Below are positions 10,092 through 20,107 of a stretch of 64,000 nt of DNA, piece by piece. Origin of the DNA: Candidatus Heimdallarchaeota archaeon. GTDB lineage: Archaea > Asgardarchaeota > Heimdallarchaeia > JABLTI01. Below the pieces are notes generated by a model. The model was not told the DNA's origin. It was given only the letters and a program-made list of their open reading frames with translations, and searched no databases. The first letter of the stretch is position 1. Every line of letters begins with the position of its first letter. The stretch lies in NCBI GenBank assembly GCA_018238155.1, contig JABCTZ010000019.1:131774-195773 (forward strand). Reading direction: 5' to 3'. The translations under genes were made by a program, and so were the position numbers.

Positions 10092-11417
10092 ATGGACTAT
10101 TGTGAAATAGCAGTAAACAAAGCAATTAAACTTGGAATGGATGAAGTAGATGCAGTTGTGCGAAATGAAAAGGTAATTCAAATTAGTTTTGCCCAAGAAA
10201 TTCAAAACATTAGCACTCTAACTAAAACGCTCCTAAGTATTAGAGTGATAAAAGATAAAAAAATTGCAACCTATTCAACAACATTGTTGAATAAGCAATC
10301 GATAAATGATATTGTAAAACGAGCAGTAAAAATAGCTAAAGTTGCTCCTGAGGATCAAAATTGGTCATCACTTAATAAAACGATTAAAAAATCTACCGTG
10401 AAAAATCTCTATGATCCTATCATAAATAAACTCGATTACGGTGAACTTACCGGAGCTATTAATGCCGGTTTAGATAATGTTGCTAATGATGGGAAAGCGT
10501 TGATCACTCGAGGCGTTCTTCATGTTACCAAAAGGAAGTTTTCCTTTTCAAATTGCTATTGTGATTCAATGGAACGAAAATCTAGCCACTTTTTTACCTA
10601 TGTTCTTGCAAAAGCAGTTAAAGGAGGTGAAAGTACAGGAACTGAACAACTCCAAACTAGATTTTGGAAGGATATTGATTTTACTTCACTTACAAATTCA
10701 GCGGCAGAGATGTCACAAAAATATCTAAATGCTAAACCCATTAAAAGCAAAAAAATGCCTATTATAATAAAAAGTGATGTGTTCGCACGAATTATGAATC
10801 GTATGTTAAGTCCAAGTATAAGTGCTGAAACGGTACGTAAGGGTCGATCTCCTCTAAAAGATAAAATTGATTCTCAAATAGCAATGGAATGTTTCAATGT
10901 AATTGATGATGGGACATTAGATAAAGGGTTGAATTCTAGTAGTTTTGATCAAGAAGGTTATCCAACTCAAAAAACAACTATTATTTCTAAAGGCGTGCTA
11001 AAGAATTACATCTATGACCATTATTCTGCAGTATTGGATAACACACAATCGACAGGGAATGCTAATCGAGGTGGGAGAGCAAAACCAAGACCTAATGTTA
11101 GCAATTTAATTTTGGTTAATGGTGACAAGGATTTTGATGAAGTCATTAGTGAAACTAAAAATGGATTGCTCATCGAAGAAACAATTGGTGAATGGTTGTC
11201 AAATCCGACAAGTGGGCAGCTAAATGCTACCGTAACTCATGGACAGCTTATTGAAAACGGAGAGTATTCTCAATCGGTAAAAAATGTTATTCTTTCGGGA
11301 AATTTCTGGGAAGCTATCAAAAATGATATTGAAGCAATTTGTAATGATAGTAGAAATTCCGGAAATATTTATTCACCAAGCGTAAAATTCTCAGAACTTG
11401 TTGTTGCAGGAAAATGA
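10092..11417 (+). CDS. pmbA: TldE/PmbA-family protein
   Basis: Directly follows tldD, lacks HExxH; FDQEG, STGNA, NPTSG, SPS motifs; likely start MDYCE. Confidence 0.9.
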   Translation: MDYCEIAVNKAIKLGMDEVDAVVRNEKVIQISFAQEIQNISTLTKTLLSIRVIKDKKIATYSTTLLNKQSINDIVKRAVKIAKVAPEDQNWSSLNKTIKKSTVKNLYDPIINKLDYGELTGAINAGLDNVANDGKALITRGVLHVTKRKFSFSNCYCDSMERKSSHFFTYVLAKAVKGGESTGTEQLQTRFWKDIDFTSLTNSAAEMSQKYLNAKPIKSKKMPIIIKSDVFARIMNRMLSPSISAETVRKGRSPLKDKIDSQIAMECFNVIDDGTLDKGLNSSSFDQEGYPTQKTTIISKGVLKNYIYDHYSAVLDNTQSTGNANRGGRAKPRPNVSNLILVNGDKDFDEVISETKNGLLIEETIGEWLSNPTSGQLNATVTHGQLIENGEYSQSVKNVILSGNFWEAIKNDIEAICNDSRNSGNIYSPSVKFSELVVAGK

Positions 11418-11462
11418 AAGAGCAAAGCAAAAATATCATCATCTTTGCTCTTCATCTTTTTC
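11418..11462 (+). terminator. Hairpin plus T-tract after tldE
   Basis: AAGAGCAAAG (11418-11427) pairs with CTTTGCTCTT (11443-11452), followed by CATCTTTTTT. Confidence 0.5.
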
Positions 11463-11884
11463 TATTTATTAATCATTTTTTTCCAAGTCCATTAAAGAAA
11501 ACAGGAAATGGAAAATCATTTAATAAAATCCATTACTAGAAAAACTTAGGTTGCTCAATATGCTTTACCTCTCTATCCATCTAGAACATGCTTGACGCGT
11601 TTGTTTTTAACTCCTCCTAGATGACGTAAGAGTAGAATAGCAACCAGTTTATTGTTTTTGGAGGTTTCAAAAATTACTAATCAGTTGATAGTAGATTCCT
11701 TTGCGGAAAAGATAACTAATTCAGAACGTGCATTTGCTGAGTTTGGCATTAAAAAAAATGGCCAAGCTATTGAACACTCTAGAGAAATCTATGCACAAAC
11801 TTGAACATGCAAAACAACTATTGGAAAATAAGGTATCTAATAATGGAAATTAGAAACGGGATAGTTGAAAACAAATATTCATCT

Positions 11885-12271
11885 CTATCTTTTTCTCTCT
11901 TTTCGCTTGTGACCTAGATTGTAAGGATCCATTGCACTTCTAGTACCCTTTATTTGATACATTCCCGTATCTTCAGGATAGATTTCTTGTTCAATTTTTA
12001 TTTCTCGTAATCTTTTTACTTCTTTTTCGAATTCCTCAGTTGAGATATCAAACCAAGCATATGTCCCTTCGACTTTGAATATTTTCTCAACTTCAATAGG
12101 AACTATGAGTTTTTTCTTAAAACGCTTGATTACTAGAATCATAGCATATGATTTATATTTTTTAATAGTCTTGCCTAGCAGTTTTTCTATTCGAATAATT
12201 TTTCCAAGTTTTTTACTATCTTTATCGGCAGCGATTTTGGAGATTAACTGCTTCAAGCTTATTTTAGTCAT
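11885..12271 (-). CDS. PRC-barrel-like hypothetical protein
   Basis: The pattern DKDSKKLGKIIRI...IVPIEVEKIFKVEG is typical of PRC barrels. Confidence 0.55.
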   Translation of the reverse strand: MTKISLKQLISKIAADKDSKKLGKIIRIEKLLGKTIKKYKSYAMILVIKRFKKKLIVPIEVEKIFKVEGTYAWFDISTEEFEKEVKRLREIKIEQEIYPEDTGMYQIKGTRSAMDPYNLGHKRKERKR

Positions 12272-12416
12272 CTAGTAATTCCTTCAATAATTCCTCATCC
12301 AAGCATGATGTTAAGGATATAGATTCTTAGTTAATATTCTTTGCATTATCTTTTGAGAAAAGATATCGAAAAAATAGCTGAAACTTAATGATTACGTCTT
12401 ATGTTCATTTCTTTTT

Positions 12417-14249
12417 CTAAATTTCATTTAAATCTAATTCCTTCAATTTTTCATCTGAAGGTCTTCCTGTTTTCTGGTCATAATCTCGACATCTGTACCA
12501 ATCTTTCAATTGTTTTGCAAAATCTGGGACGTTACCTTCCGTTGGTCCTTCAAGACTCTGAAGCATAACTTTTGGTAGAAACTCAACAGCAGGTGTCCAT
12601 CCTAGTTTTAGATTGATTAATCGTTTCAAAGCGAACAATCTGTCACCAAATAAAAGGAGGTCATCTAATGATACTTGTTTATCAAGGGCAATTGATAATT
12701 GTTTAGCAATAAGTGTTGCAGGCGGATTGAAGAATTGACACAAACCAACGGCATTGTAGAGTTGTCTATAGCTTTGTAATTTAGCTAATGGTTCTGCAAT
12801 ATTGTTATCAAAACGACTGTTAGGCAGATCAACAACACCTATATCAGGAAAATTCATTCCTTGTTGAACCATGTAAGCATCACCATTCATATGACATGCT
12901 CCTCTTGGACTAGTAATATACATTACAGCCAAACCACTAAAAGCTCTTGGATCATGAGTTGGTGCTTCTAAACCTGCTACTTGTGGTGCTAATTCTAAAT
13001 GATCATATTTTTCAGCTAGGACTTTGCTTCCTTCTGCTAAAGTATTACCAATCTCTTCTCTCAAAGCAATAAGTTTGAGTAATTCTAATAATGAATCAAT
13101 ATCTCCAAAGGAACAGCTAATGTTAGTTGGCAAATCTGATTTTGGGATAAACCCCTTTTCAATTAGATCAAATAGCACACCTATTGTTGCTCCTGCACTA
13201 ATAGTATCCATTCCAAAATCATTTGCTAGATAGTTGGCATAAGTGATTGCTTCCAAGTCAGTAATACATAAATTAGAACCAAAAGACGCTAGAGTTTCAA
13301 ATTCAGGACCATCTCTTTTCAATTTAAAACGTCCCTCTTTAATTTCAATTTCTCTGCCACAAGAAATCGGACAACGGTAGCAAGTAGATTTACCCGTTAG
13401 GATTGTCTCAAACATAGTTGTGCCTGAGATATTTGTACCATTTTCCAGTGTTCCTTTCGACCAATTCTTAACAGGCATGTCACCATACAATTCAAGAGCA
13501 ATATCAACATAGCCTGCTGTACCAAATTGACTGAAAACTTCAGTTGAATAATCAGCTCGAATAATCTCATAAGCTGCTTTAGAAATGTGGTCATACTCAT
13601 CCGGCAAATCAAAATCTCTATTGGAACCAAAAATTGCTATTGCCTTCAGATTTTTTGAACCCATAGTAGCTCCCATACCTGTTCGTCCGGCAGCTCGACC
13701 ACCTGCAGTCATAATATTCGCATATTTTACTAGATTTTCACCCGCGGGACCAATACAGGCAATTTCACTACGTTTATTATTCAAAGTGGATTTTAGCTTC
13801 TCTAATGTCTCATAAGTTCCAAGACCCCAGAGATTAGTTGCATCTCGAATGGTTATCTCATCGTCATTAATCTCGAGAAAAACCGGCTGATCAGCTTTGC
13901 CTTCAATAATAAGACCGTCATATTTAGCGAATTTTAAGTAAGGACCAATTTTTCCACCTATATTCGATTCACCCCAAAAACCGGTTAAAGGGGATCTAGC
14001 ACAAAATGTTGATCTAGGTGTAGAATAAGATGGCAAACCAGTAAGAACGCCAGTCATGAAGTAAAGATCGTTTTCAATTGCTAATGGATCTGAGAGTGAA
14101 TCTAAATCCTTTATTTTCGACCAATAATAGTATGCGGCTAATCCACTGCCACCAAGAAATTTTTTACCAATTTCTAAGTCAAGTTTCTTTGTTGATATCT
14201 CTTTAGATGAGAGATTCACTCTAAGAATTCTGCCACGAAATCCAGACAT
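12417..14249 (-). CDS. aor: Tungsten-dependent aldehyde:ferredoxin oxidoreductase family protein
   Basis: GRILRVNLS, SPLTG, IGPAGEN, GRTGMGATMGSKNLKAI, CYRCPISC, EFET, GMDTIS, RGACH. Confidence 0.95.
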   Translation of the reverse strand: MSGFRGRILRVNLSSKEISTKKLDLEIGKKFLGGSGLAAYYYWSKIKDLDSLSDPLAIENDLYFMTGVLTGLPSYSTPRSTFCARSPLTGFWGESNIGGKIGPYLKFAKYDGLIIEGKADQPVFLEINDDEITIRDATNLWGLGTYETLEKLKSTLNNKRSEIACIGPAGENLVKYANIMTAGGRAAGRTGMGATMGSKNLKAIAIFGSNRDFDLPDEYDHISKAAYEIIRADYSTEVFSQFGTAGYVDIALELYGDMPVKNWSKGTLENGTNISGTTMFETILTGKSTCYRCPISCGREIEIKEGRFKLKRDGPEFETLASFGSNLCITDLEAITYANYLANDFGMDTISAGATIGVLFDLIEKGFIPKSDLPTNISCSFGDIDSLLELLKLIALREEIGNTLAEGSKVLAEKYDHLELAPQVAGLEAPTHDPRAFSGLAVMYITSPRGACHMNGDAYMVQQGMNFPDIGVVDLPNSRFDNNIAEPLAKLQSYRQLYNAVGLCQFFNPPATLIAKQLSIALDKQVSLDDLLLFGDRLFALKRLINLKLGWTPAVEFLPKVMLQSLEGPTEGNVPDFAKQLKDWYRCRDYDQKTGRPSDEKLKELDLNEI

Positions 14250-14297
14250 GTGTACACCTTTGCTTGATAATATTTGCCAATGAATATTAGTAATTGA

Positions 14298-14714
14298 TTA
14301 AAGGAATTTAGTGTCGATTTTTTGTGCTGTTTTAATTAACTCTTGAGCAGCTTTGACCGAACGCAAAACCTTCATCATATTTCCAATAAGATTGAATTTC
14401 TTACTCATAATTCCTTTAATTGGATCAATTTCTCCTTTGATTAATTTAATCCAATTGGAATAAATTCCAACATATTGGTAAGCAGTTTCAGGAAGATTGT
14501 CACCTTCATTGAAATAAGCCACACTTCTACAAACACCATGATATAAATCAATATGAAGTACAACTTTGTTACTAAAAACCTCATCAGGTTTAACTACAAA
14601 AAGAAAATCGCCTTCCCAATTTTTAGCTGCTTCTTGCCAATCCTTGCCTTCTTCACCATTAAGTTTATCCTTAAACGCTTTTATCCATTCTTCGGATGGA
14701 AAAGTAATTGCCAT
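14298..14714 (-). CDS. SCP2 sterol/lipid-binding domain protein
   Basis: FPSEEW...W..LIKGEIDPIKGIMSKKFNLIGNM; likely start MAITF at 14714. Confidence 0.85.
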   Translation of the reverse strand: MAITFPSEEWIKAFKDKLNGEEGKDWQEAAKNWEGDFLFVVKPDEVFSNKVVLHIDLYHGVCRSVAYFNEGDNLPETAYQYVGIYSNWIKLIKGEIDPIKGIMSKKFNLIGNMMKVLRSVKAAQELIKTAQKIDTKFL

Positions 14715-15012
14715 TTGATATCTTATCTCCAATTTAAGTTTTGTAAATATTGACTCATCAATATTTAAATGTTCATTATGAATAGTATAGAAAAAGAAAG
14801 TCAAAGGATAATAGGCTAGATAGTTGGTTGCAACAAGCTTTTAGAAAATACGAAAATCAATTTGAGAAAGAATAATACTCAATAGAAGTTTTTAAAATCC
14901 TTAACAATTCAATTTTTGTTAGAAAGAGTTGTTTTAAGTGATGGGTGTAATTATTGTCAATCAAATATAAATTTGAGCAAGCAGGATCAGAATGAATGTT
15001 AGTAGATTGATT

Positions 15013-16056
15013 CTATTCAGATATTTTCTTCTTTTTGCTTAAGTGTTCTTTCAGGGATTTTTTTTCTAAAATAACTGTCACTACAATACCCACTGCAACA
15101 AAAGTCATGCCAATAAATGCAGACCAATGCGGAATTTCTATGAAGAAAAGCACAGCTAATAATGTTGCACCAAACATTTCACCTAAAGCAGTAACAGTAA
15201 TAACCGGTGCTCTAACAAACCCTAGACTATAATTGTATAAAGTGTGACCTAAACAAGATGGTCCAATAGCAAGTAGCAAAAAGAGCATGAAATGTTGCCA
15301 ACTAAGACCAGAAATGATTAATGGTCTTATTACAGGATTGGCAAGTATGTAAGCTAGAAGGAAAATTGTACAAATTCCATAAACAATTGTTGCATATGAG
15401 AAAATGTCTAATCTCTCTCTTTTCTTTCTCCCGATAACAAAATATATTGCTCCTGAAATTCCGCCAGCTAGTGCGAACAAATCTCCGTAAAAATTACCTA
15501 GCCCTTCTGTTAGAAGATCTGATAATCCTACAGTAATAGCTCCTATTACCGTCAGTGCAACAACAAGAGCTTGTTTCCAAGATACTTTATCTTTAAGAAA
15601 AATCACCGATAAAAGAAGAGCAAATAAAGGCATTAAATACACAATTGTAATTGAACTTGCGACATTTGTCATTTGCAAAGAAAGGTTCCAAGTAGCAAAA
15701 TGAATTGCTAAAGCCAGTCCTGATAAAGTTAATAATGGCATATCTCTCTTTAACGCTACTTTTTTGAATTCTTTCAAATTTCTAGTAAAAACTGCACCCA
15801 GAAACATTCCCACGGTTGCAAAAAGCAAGCGCCAAAAAGCAATTACAGATGCATCTGCCGGAATAAGATTTTCATCTATTCTAATGATTTCTATACCCGC
15901 ATATCGAATAAGTATAGAAGCAAAAGAGGTCATAACCATTGCTAAAGCTATAAGAAAGTAAACATGTTTGGGGATTTGTTTCCTCATTGCTTCTTTCTGT
16001 AATGGTTCTGATGATAACTCTCTATCTGGCTCGAGAAGTTCCTTTTGATCTAACAA
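15013..16056 (-). CDS. DMT/EamA-family transporter
   Basis: About 10 TM helices, IAFWRL, LAIHFATWNLSL, GHTLYNYSL. Confidence 0.9.
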   Translation of the reverse strand: MLDQKELLEPDRELSSEPLQKEAMRKQIPKHVYFLIALAMVMTSFASILIRYAGIEIIRIDENLIPADASVIAFWRLLFATVGMFLGAVFTRNLKEFKKVALKRDMPLLTLSGLALAIHFATWNLSLQMTNVASSITIVYLMPLFALLLSVIFLKDKVSWKQALVVALTVIGAITVGLSDLLTEGLGNFYGDLFALAGGISGAIYFVIGRKKRERLDIFSYATIVYGICTIFLLAYILANPVIRPLIISGLSWQHFMLFLLLAIGPSCLGHTLYNYSLGFVRAPVITVTALGEMFGATLLAVLFFIEIPHWSAFIGMTFVAVGIVVTVILEKKSLKEHLSKKKKISE

Positions 16057-16147
16057 AGTAATCTGTGAAATAGGCTCATTTACAATTAAATAACTTGTTA
16101 ATATTTTAGTATTTAAAAAAAAGAATAAGAAGAAATTAAGTTTTCAC

Positions 16148-19100
16148 CTATTTCTCGGATAATTCTTTGAAAGATCCTGTCATATCTTTAACATGTTCAT
16201 TAATGACTTCGGATAAATCGTTCGTTTTGTCAATTGACATGGTAGTTCTCTTAGCAAAACTGGAAATTTGTTTAAGCATTACTTCTTCTAAATCATCTAC
16301 TGATTTGAGAAAAGCTTCAGCTATTTCCATATTACTTCTATTTGAAAGTTCAAACTGCTTTCGAGCAAAGAGTGTAGCTTCTCGTTTGACTTTCTGAAGC
16401 ACTCGATCAAAACCATCTAATAAATCAACAATTAATCGGTCTGTACTCAAACCAACTCTTTCACCCATTGCGTTTATCTCTACATCTAAATCTACTAAAA
16501 ATCTGTTGGATTTAGTTTCGCAAGCAGTAATTGTTTTCATCGATGCTTTCTCTATTTTTTCCATATCTTTCTTCAGATTCACATTGAGATTACTCATTGT
16601 TTTTCCATAAAAAGAAAGATGGTTTCGTCCTATTTGATGTAATTCATTTTTGTATTTCTCTATATTTGCTGCTTCTCTTTCTATACGAGTGATTACTTGC
16701 TCAGTTAATTTTTGGCGGATTCGTTCAAGGTTTTCAGTATATCTCTCTTCAATGCCTAATACTGCTTGCTCACCAATAACTGTTACTCTCTCTGTTCTTC
16801 TAGAAGCTTCTGCAGTAATATTACCTACCGTGCTAAATATTGCTCCTTCTATTCCAGCTGTTTTAGTTTCTAATTCTAAAATAGCTCTGTTAGTAATAGA
16901 TGAGGTTTGTTCTCGCAAATCACTAGTTAACTTTTCACAATGCTCGAAAATAATTTCTTTTGAATTACTCAAGATTTCTTGTTGTTTTGTTAAGTCTTCT
17001 TTCAAAGATTGTGTATAACGGTCTCTAAATTCATAGGCATTTCCTATTTGTTTTTCTTGTAACGCATCGATTTTCTTATCTAAGATTTTAAGTTGCTGTC
17101 TGTGCATTTTGTTAATTTCATTATACATATCAATGGATTCATCTTGTTGTTTTTCATTCAGTTCACCAAGTTCAATTTCTTGTTTACTGAGTTCAGCTGC
17201 AGCTTGTCTAAATATTCTGTCTGCACCAGAAGTAATATTAGATCGGATTGTTTGTGCAGTTGAATTAACGCCATTTGATAATTGGCTAATAGCTTTTTCA
17301 GTAAGGGCAGTAATAGTTGAACGAGAAGATTGCTCTTGATCTAATAATGAAGAAGCATCATTAGCAATTGTTTTTTCTACTTTTACGAAGCTTTCTTGCG
17401 TTTTAGAAATATATTTCTCTCGAGCACGTATGAAATTATCTTTAAGTGAAATACTGTCTTTGGTAGTTCGAGAACTTTGACGATTAAGCATGTTATCAAT
17501 AGATTTGCTTAATTCCTTTCTAGTACGTTTGAAAGCTTCAATATCGTTAGAAAAGAATCGATTAAGATTATTGTCAGTCCTCTTATAGAATTGTTTATAC
17601 TCCGTGCCGAGTTCTACTAGTAATTTAGAAACTGGAAACTTTGTTTCGTCAATTAATCTATCTTGTTCTTTCTTAAAGGTTACAAGTCTGTTGTTAATTG
17701 ATAAACTATCTTTCTTGAGAGTATTGGCAATTTCTTGAAGAGAGCGCCTTGTACTAGCACCTGTTTCAGCACCAAAATGTCTGAAATTTTTAGAAATTTG
17801 AGTGTAGGAATCGCGAATAAGTATTATTAATTCCTCTTTTGAAACTTGATTGTTGTTTTTTATTTGATCTACTAGCTTGTCCATTTTATTCTCTAATGCT
17901 TCGAGGTTTTTGTCAACATTTGAATCAATTCTATCTTGAATTGTTTTAGTGCTTTCACCTCTCCATCGTTCAAGTTTTTTAGTTAAGGAGGAAACTTCTT
18001 TTGAAGTATCCCTTAATTCTTTCTGATGTTTAGTTGAAAATTCTTTGTAAAGTGATTGGAAAGATCTATCTTGTTCTACTAACTTCTTTTCTAAATTATC
18101 GAAATTTGATGAAAAACCCTTATCAATTCGCTCTTTTAAGCGCTTGAGGTCCTTCTCAAAATTTTCTTCTTTCTTTTTAGAATCATTTTTGAATTGCTTG
18201 CTGATATCCTGCAATTCTACTTGCAATCGTCGGTCGAATCTAGTTAGAAAAGTAGTTTCATCTTTTATAATACGTTCATTTAATTTTTCAAGGTTTATCA
18301 TGAGTTCCTTTACAGGTTCAGTTAAGGTCATATTGATAAAATTGACCAGGTTTTGTACACTTGTACCGTTATTATCTACTGTATTTAGAAAGTCAGCTTC
18401 AAGTTTTGCGATAATATCACTAAGATCCATTTGATATTCTGCAACAGCTCCATTTAGAATGATGAGGAATTGTTCTATCATTTCGTTAAGAACATCTCGA
18501 GACCGCTCTGAAGTATTATGAATAAATTTGTTCTTTTCATTAGTTATTTTTTCAATAGAATTAACAAATTTATCTTCAATAGCATTCATCTCATCGTTTG
18601 CAGAAGAAGTGTTTTTGAGAGATTGTTCAATTAAAATCTCTATTTTATTATCAAAATCATTTGCTAGCTCTTCCGCAGCTTTGCTAAAAATCGAAAAGTG
18701 ATTTTCCATTAAACCGGAAAGTGATTGTTTCTGTTGTTCTATAACCACCTTTTGTTCATCCAAACTTGCAATAGTAATTTTAGAAAAACGCGGTTGGATG
18801 GAATCAACTGTAGTCACCAGTGGCCGTTTTTGTTCTGTTAATACACGAACCATTTCTGTTTGGAAGTTTAGCGATGATTCTTCAATTGCTTCTGTTAAAG
18901 AGCTAATTGCTTCATCAATTTGTTCGTTAATTGGTCGAGTAACTTTCTCTAAATCATCTATACCAGAATCGAGTACGGTAAAAATAATATCCTCAAATTC
19001 ATCCTTAGATGTATTGAAAGCTTCTAAGACTTCATCGAAGGCAGAATTGGCTTTAGTTTCAAAATCAATAATATCACTTACTCGTGCATCAACAGTAGCT

Positions 19101-19738
19101 TCAAGTTGCTTCTCTGCTCTAGCATAAGTAGCAATTAACGTTTTAGAGAAATTTTGCGCTAAAGGGATTAATCCTCGCTTAATATTATCCGTTGTTTCCT
19201 TTGTTCGGATTGAAGATTCTTCAAGAAATTCATTAGATGTCTTTGTTATTCGGTTTAAATCTTTCAAATCCATTTCAATGGATGCAAGGATTCCACTGAA
19301 AGAAGCATCCATAGCCATTTCGAGGTCCTTAATATCTTCCTCGGAACGTTCAGTTCGTTTCTCACGTTCATCTGTACTGGCTTCTCTTACATTCTTTATT
19401 GCTCCCTCTGTGAAATTATGAACAACTTCTGTAGTAGCTTCCAATTCACTCTTGCGTGCTTCAAGAGAACGAGTTAAAGTACTCAAAACATTGATGAATT
19501 TCATAACAGGGAATACAGCAATATAGCGACGATCATCATCATTTCCCACAGGGACAGTGAACCCTCGTTCATGCATAGCCTCTAAAATCGCGTTAATTCT
19601 TCCCTTAGAAACTCTACTTCGTTTTGAGATTTCCATAGGGGTTAATGCACCATCATTTACCAAAGCTTGGAAAACTCGTTTCTCATTTGCAGATAAACGA
19701 GGTAGTAAACCGAGAGCCTTTGCTTCTTTTTTAGACAT
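16148..19738 (-). CDS. TrmB-type winged-HTH protein with an ~1100-aa alpha-helical/coiled-coil extension
   Basis: N-terminal LSANEKRVFQALV..GALTPMEISKRSRVSKGRINAILEAMHERG; the remainder is heptad-rich with no ATPase motifs or TM helices. Confidence 0.75.
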   Translation of the reverse strand: MSKKEAKALGLLPRLSANEKRVFQALVNDGALTPMEISKRSRVSKGRINAILEAMHERGFTVPVGNDDDRRYIAVFPVMKFINVLSTLTRSLEARKSELEATTEVVHNFTEGAIKNVREASTDEREKRTERSEEDIKDLEMAMDASFSGILASIEMDLKDLNRITKTSNEFLEESSIRTKETTDNIKRGLIPLAQNFSKTLIATYARAEKQLEATVDARVSDIIDFETKANSAFDEVLEAFNTSKDEFEDIIFTVLDSGIDDLEKVTRPINEQIDEAISSLTEAIEESSLNFQTEMVRVLTEQKRPLVTTVDSIQPRFSKITIASLDEQKVVIEQQKQSLSGLMENHFSIFSKAAEELANDFDNKIEILIEQSLKNTSSANDEMNAIEDKFVNSIEKITNEKNKFIHNTSERSRDVLNEMIEQFLIILNGAVAEYQMDLSDIIAKLEADFLNTVDNNGTSVQNLVNFINMTLTEPVKELMINLEKLNERIIKDETTFLTRFDRRLQVELQDISKQFKNDSKKKEENFEKDLKRLKERIDKGFSSNFDNLEKKLVEQDRSFQSLYKEFSTKHQKELRDTSKEVSSLTKKLERWRGESTKTIQDRIDSNVDKNLEALENKMDKLVDQIKNNNQVSKEELIILIRDSYTQISKNFRHFGAETGASTRRSLQEIANTLKKDSLSINNRLVTFKKEQDRLIDETKFPVSKLLVELGTEYKQFYKRTDNNLNRFFSNDIEAFKRTRKELSKSIDNMLNRQSSRTTKDSISLKDNFIRAREKYISKTQESFVKVEKTIANDASSLLDQEQSSRSTITALTEKAISQLSNGVNSTAQTIRSNITSGADRIFRQAAAELSKQEIELGELNEKQQDESIDMYNEINKMHRQQLKILDKKIDALQEKQIGNAYEFRDRYTQSLKEDLTKQQEILSNSKEIIFEHCEKLTSDLREQTSSITNRAILELETKTAGIEGAIFSTVGNITAEASRRTERVTVIGEQAVLGIEERYTENLERIRQKLTEQVITRIEREAANIEKYKNELHQIGRNHLSFYGKTMSNLNVNLKKDMEKIEKASMKTITACETKSNRFLVDLDVEINAMGERVGLSTDRLIVDLLDGFDRVLQKVKREATLFARKQFELSNRSNMEIAEAFLKSVDDLEEVMLKQISSFAKRTTMSIDKTNDLSEVINEHVKDMTGSFKELSEK

Positions 19739-19927
19739 CTTCTTTCACCATTCCAATGTTTCATTTAAAGATGAAACACAGTAATTTCTAACCGAATATT
19801 TGATATTAATAGTAGATAAATGACGGGCACTGCTTAAATGATTTATGTCCTTGCTATACATTGGATAAAGCTGTCAAAAGAAAAAATTCAAAAGAGAGAA
19901 GATTTGAAGTCATACTATATTCCATTT

Positions 19928-20038
19928 GGGCCGGTAGATCAACCTGGTAGATCGTCTGATTCGCAATTGACTAAAAGGTTGCAAACCTTTCAACAAAAAT
20001 TCAGAAGGCTACGGATTCAAATTCCGTCCGGTCCACCA
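19928..20038 (+). tRNA. tRNA-Ala(CGC) with a 34-nt intron at 37/38 (19966-19999); CCA encoded
   Basis: Acceptor stem GGGCCGG/CCGGTCC with the G3:U70 alanine determinant; anticodon stem TCTGA/TCAGA; relaxed bulge-helix-bulge. Confidence 0.92.
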
Positions 20039-20107
20039 TTTATTCTCTTCTTTCTCTCTCAATTACATGTTTGAACAATTTTCTTCTTCTTGTAAATCAA
20101 TGGATAA

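Noticed and set aside
11580-11845. Possible decayed gene fragment (..KMAKLLNTLEKSMHKLEHAKQLLENKVS*)
   Set aside because: Coding-like but fragmented; no family can be assigned from the sequence
16148-19738. SMC/Rad50 annotation for the long coiled-coil protein
   Set aside because: No Walker A/B, signature motif, hinge or zinc hook
19838-20074. 78-aa ORF, and likewise ORFs 63682-63873 and 63782-63970
   Set aside because: They overlap tRNA genes and are spurious
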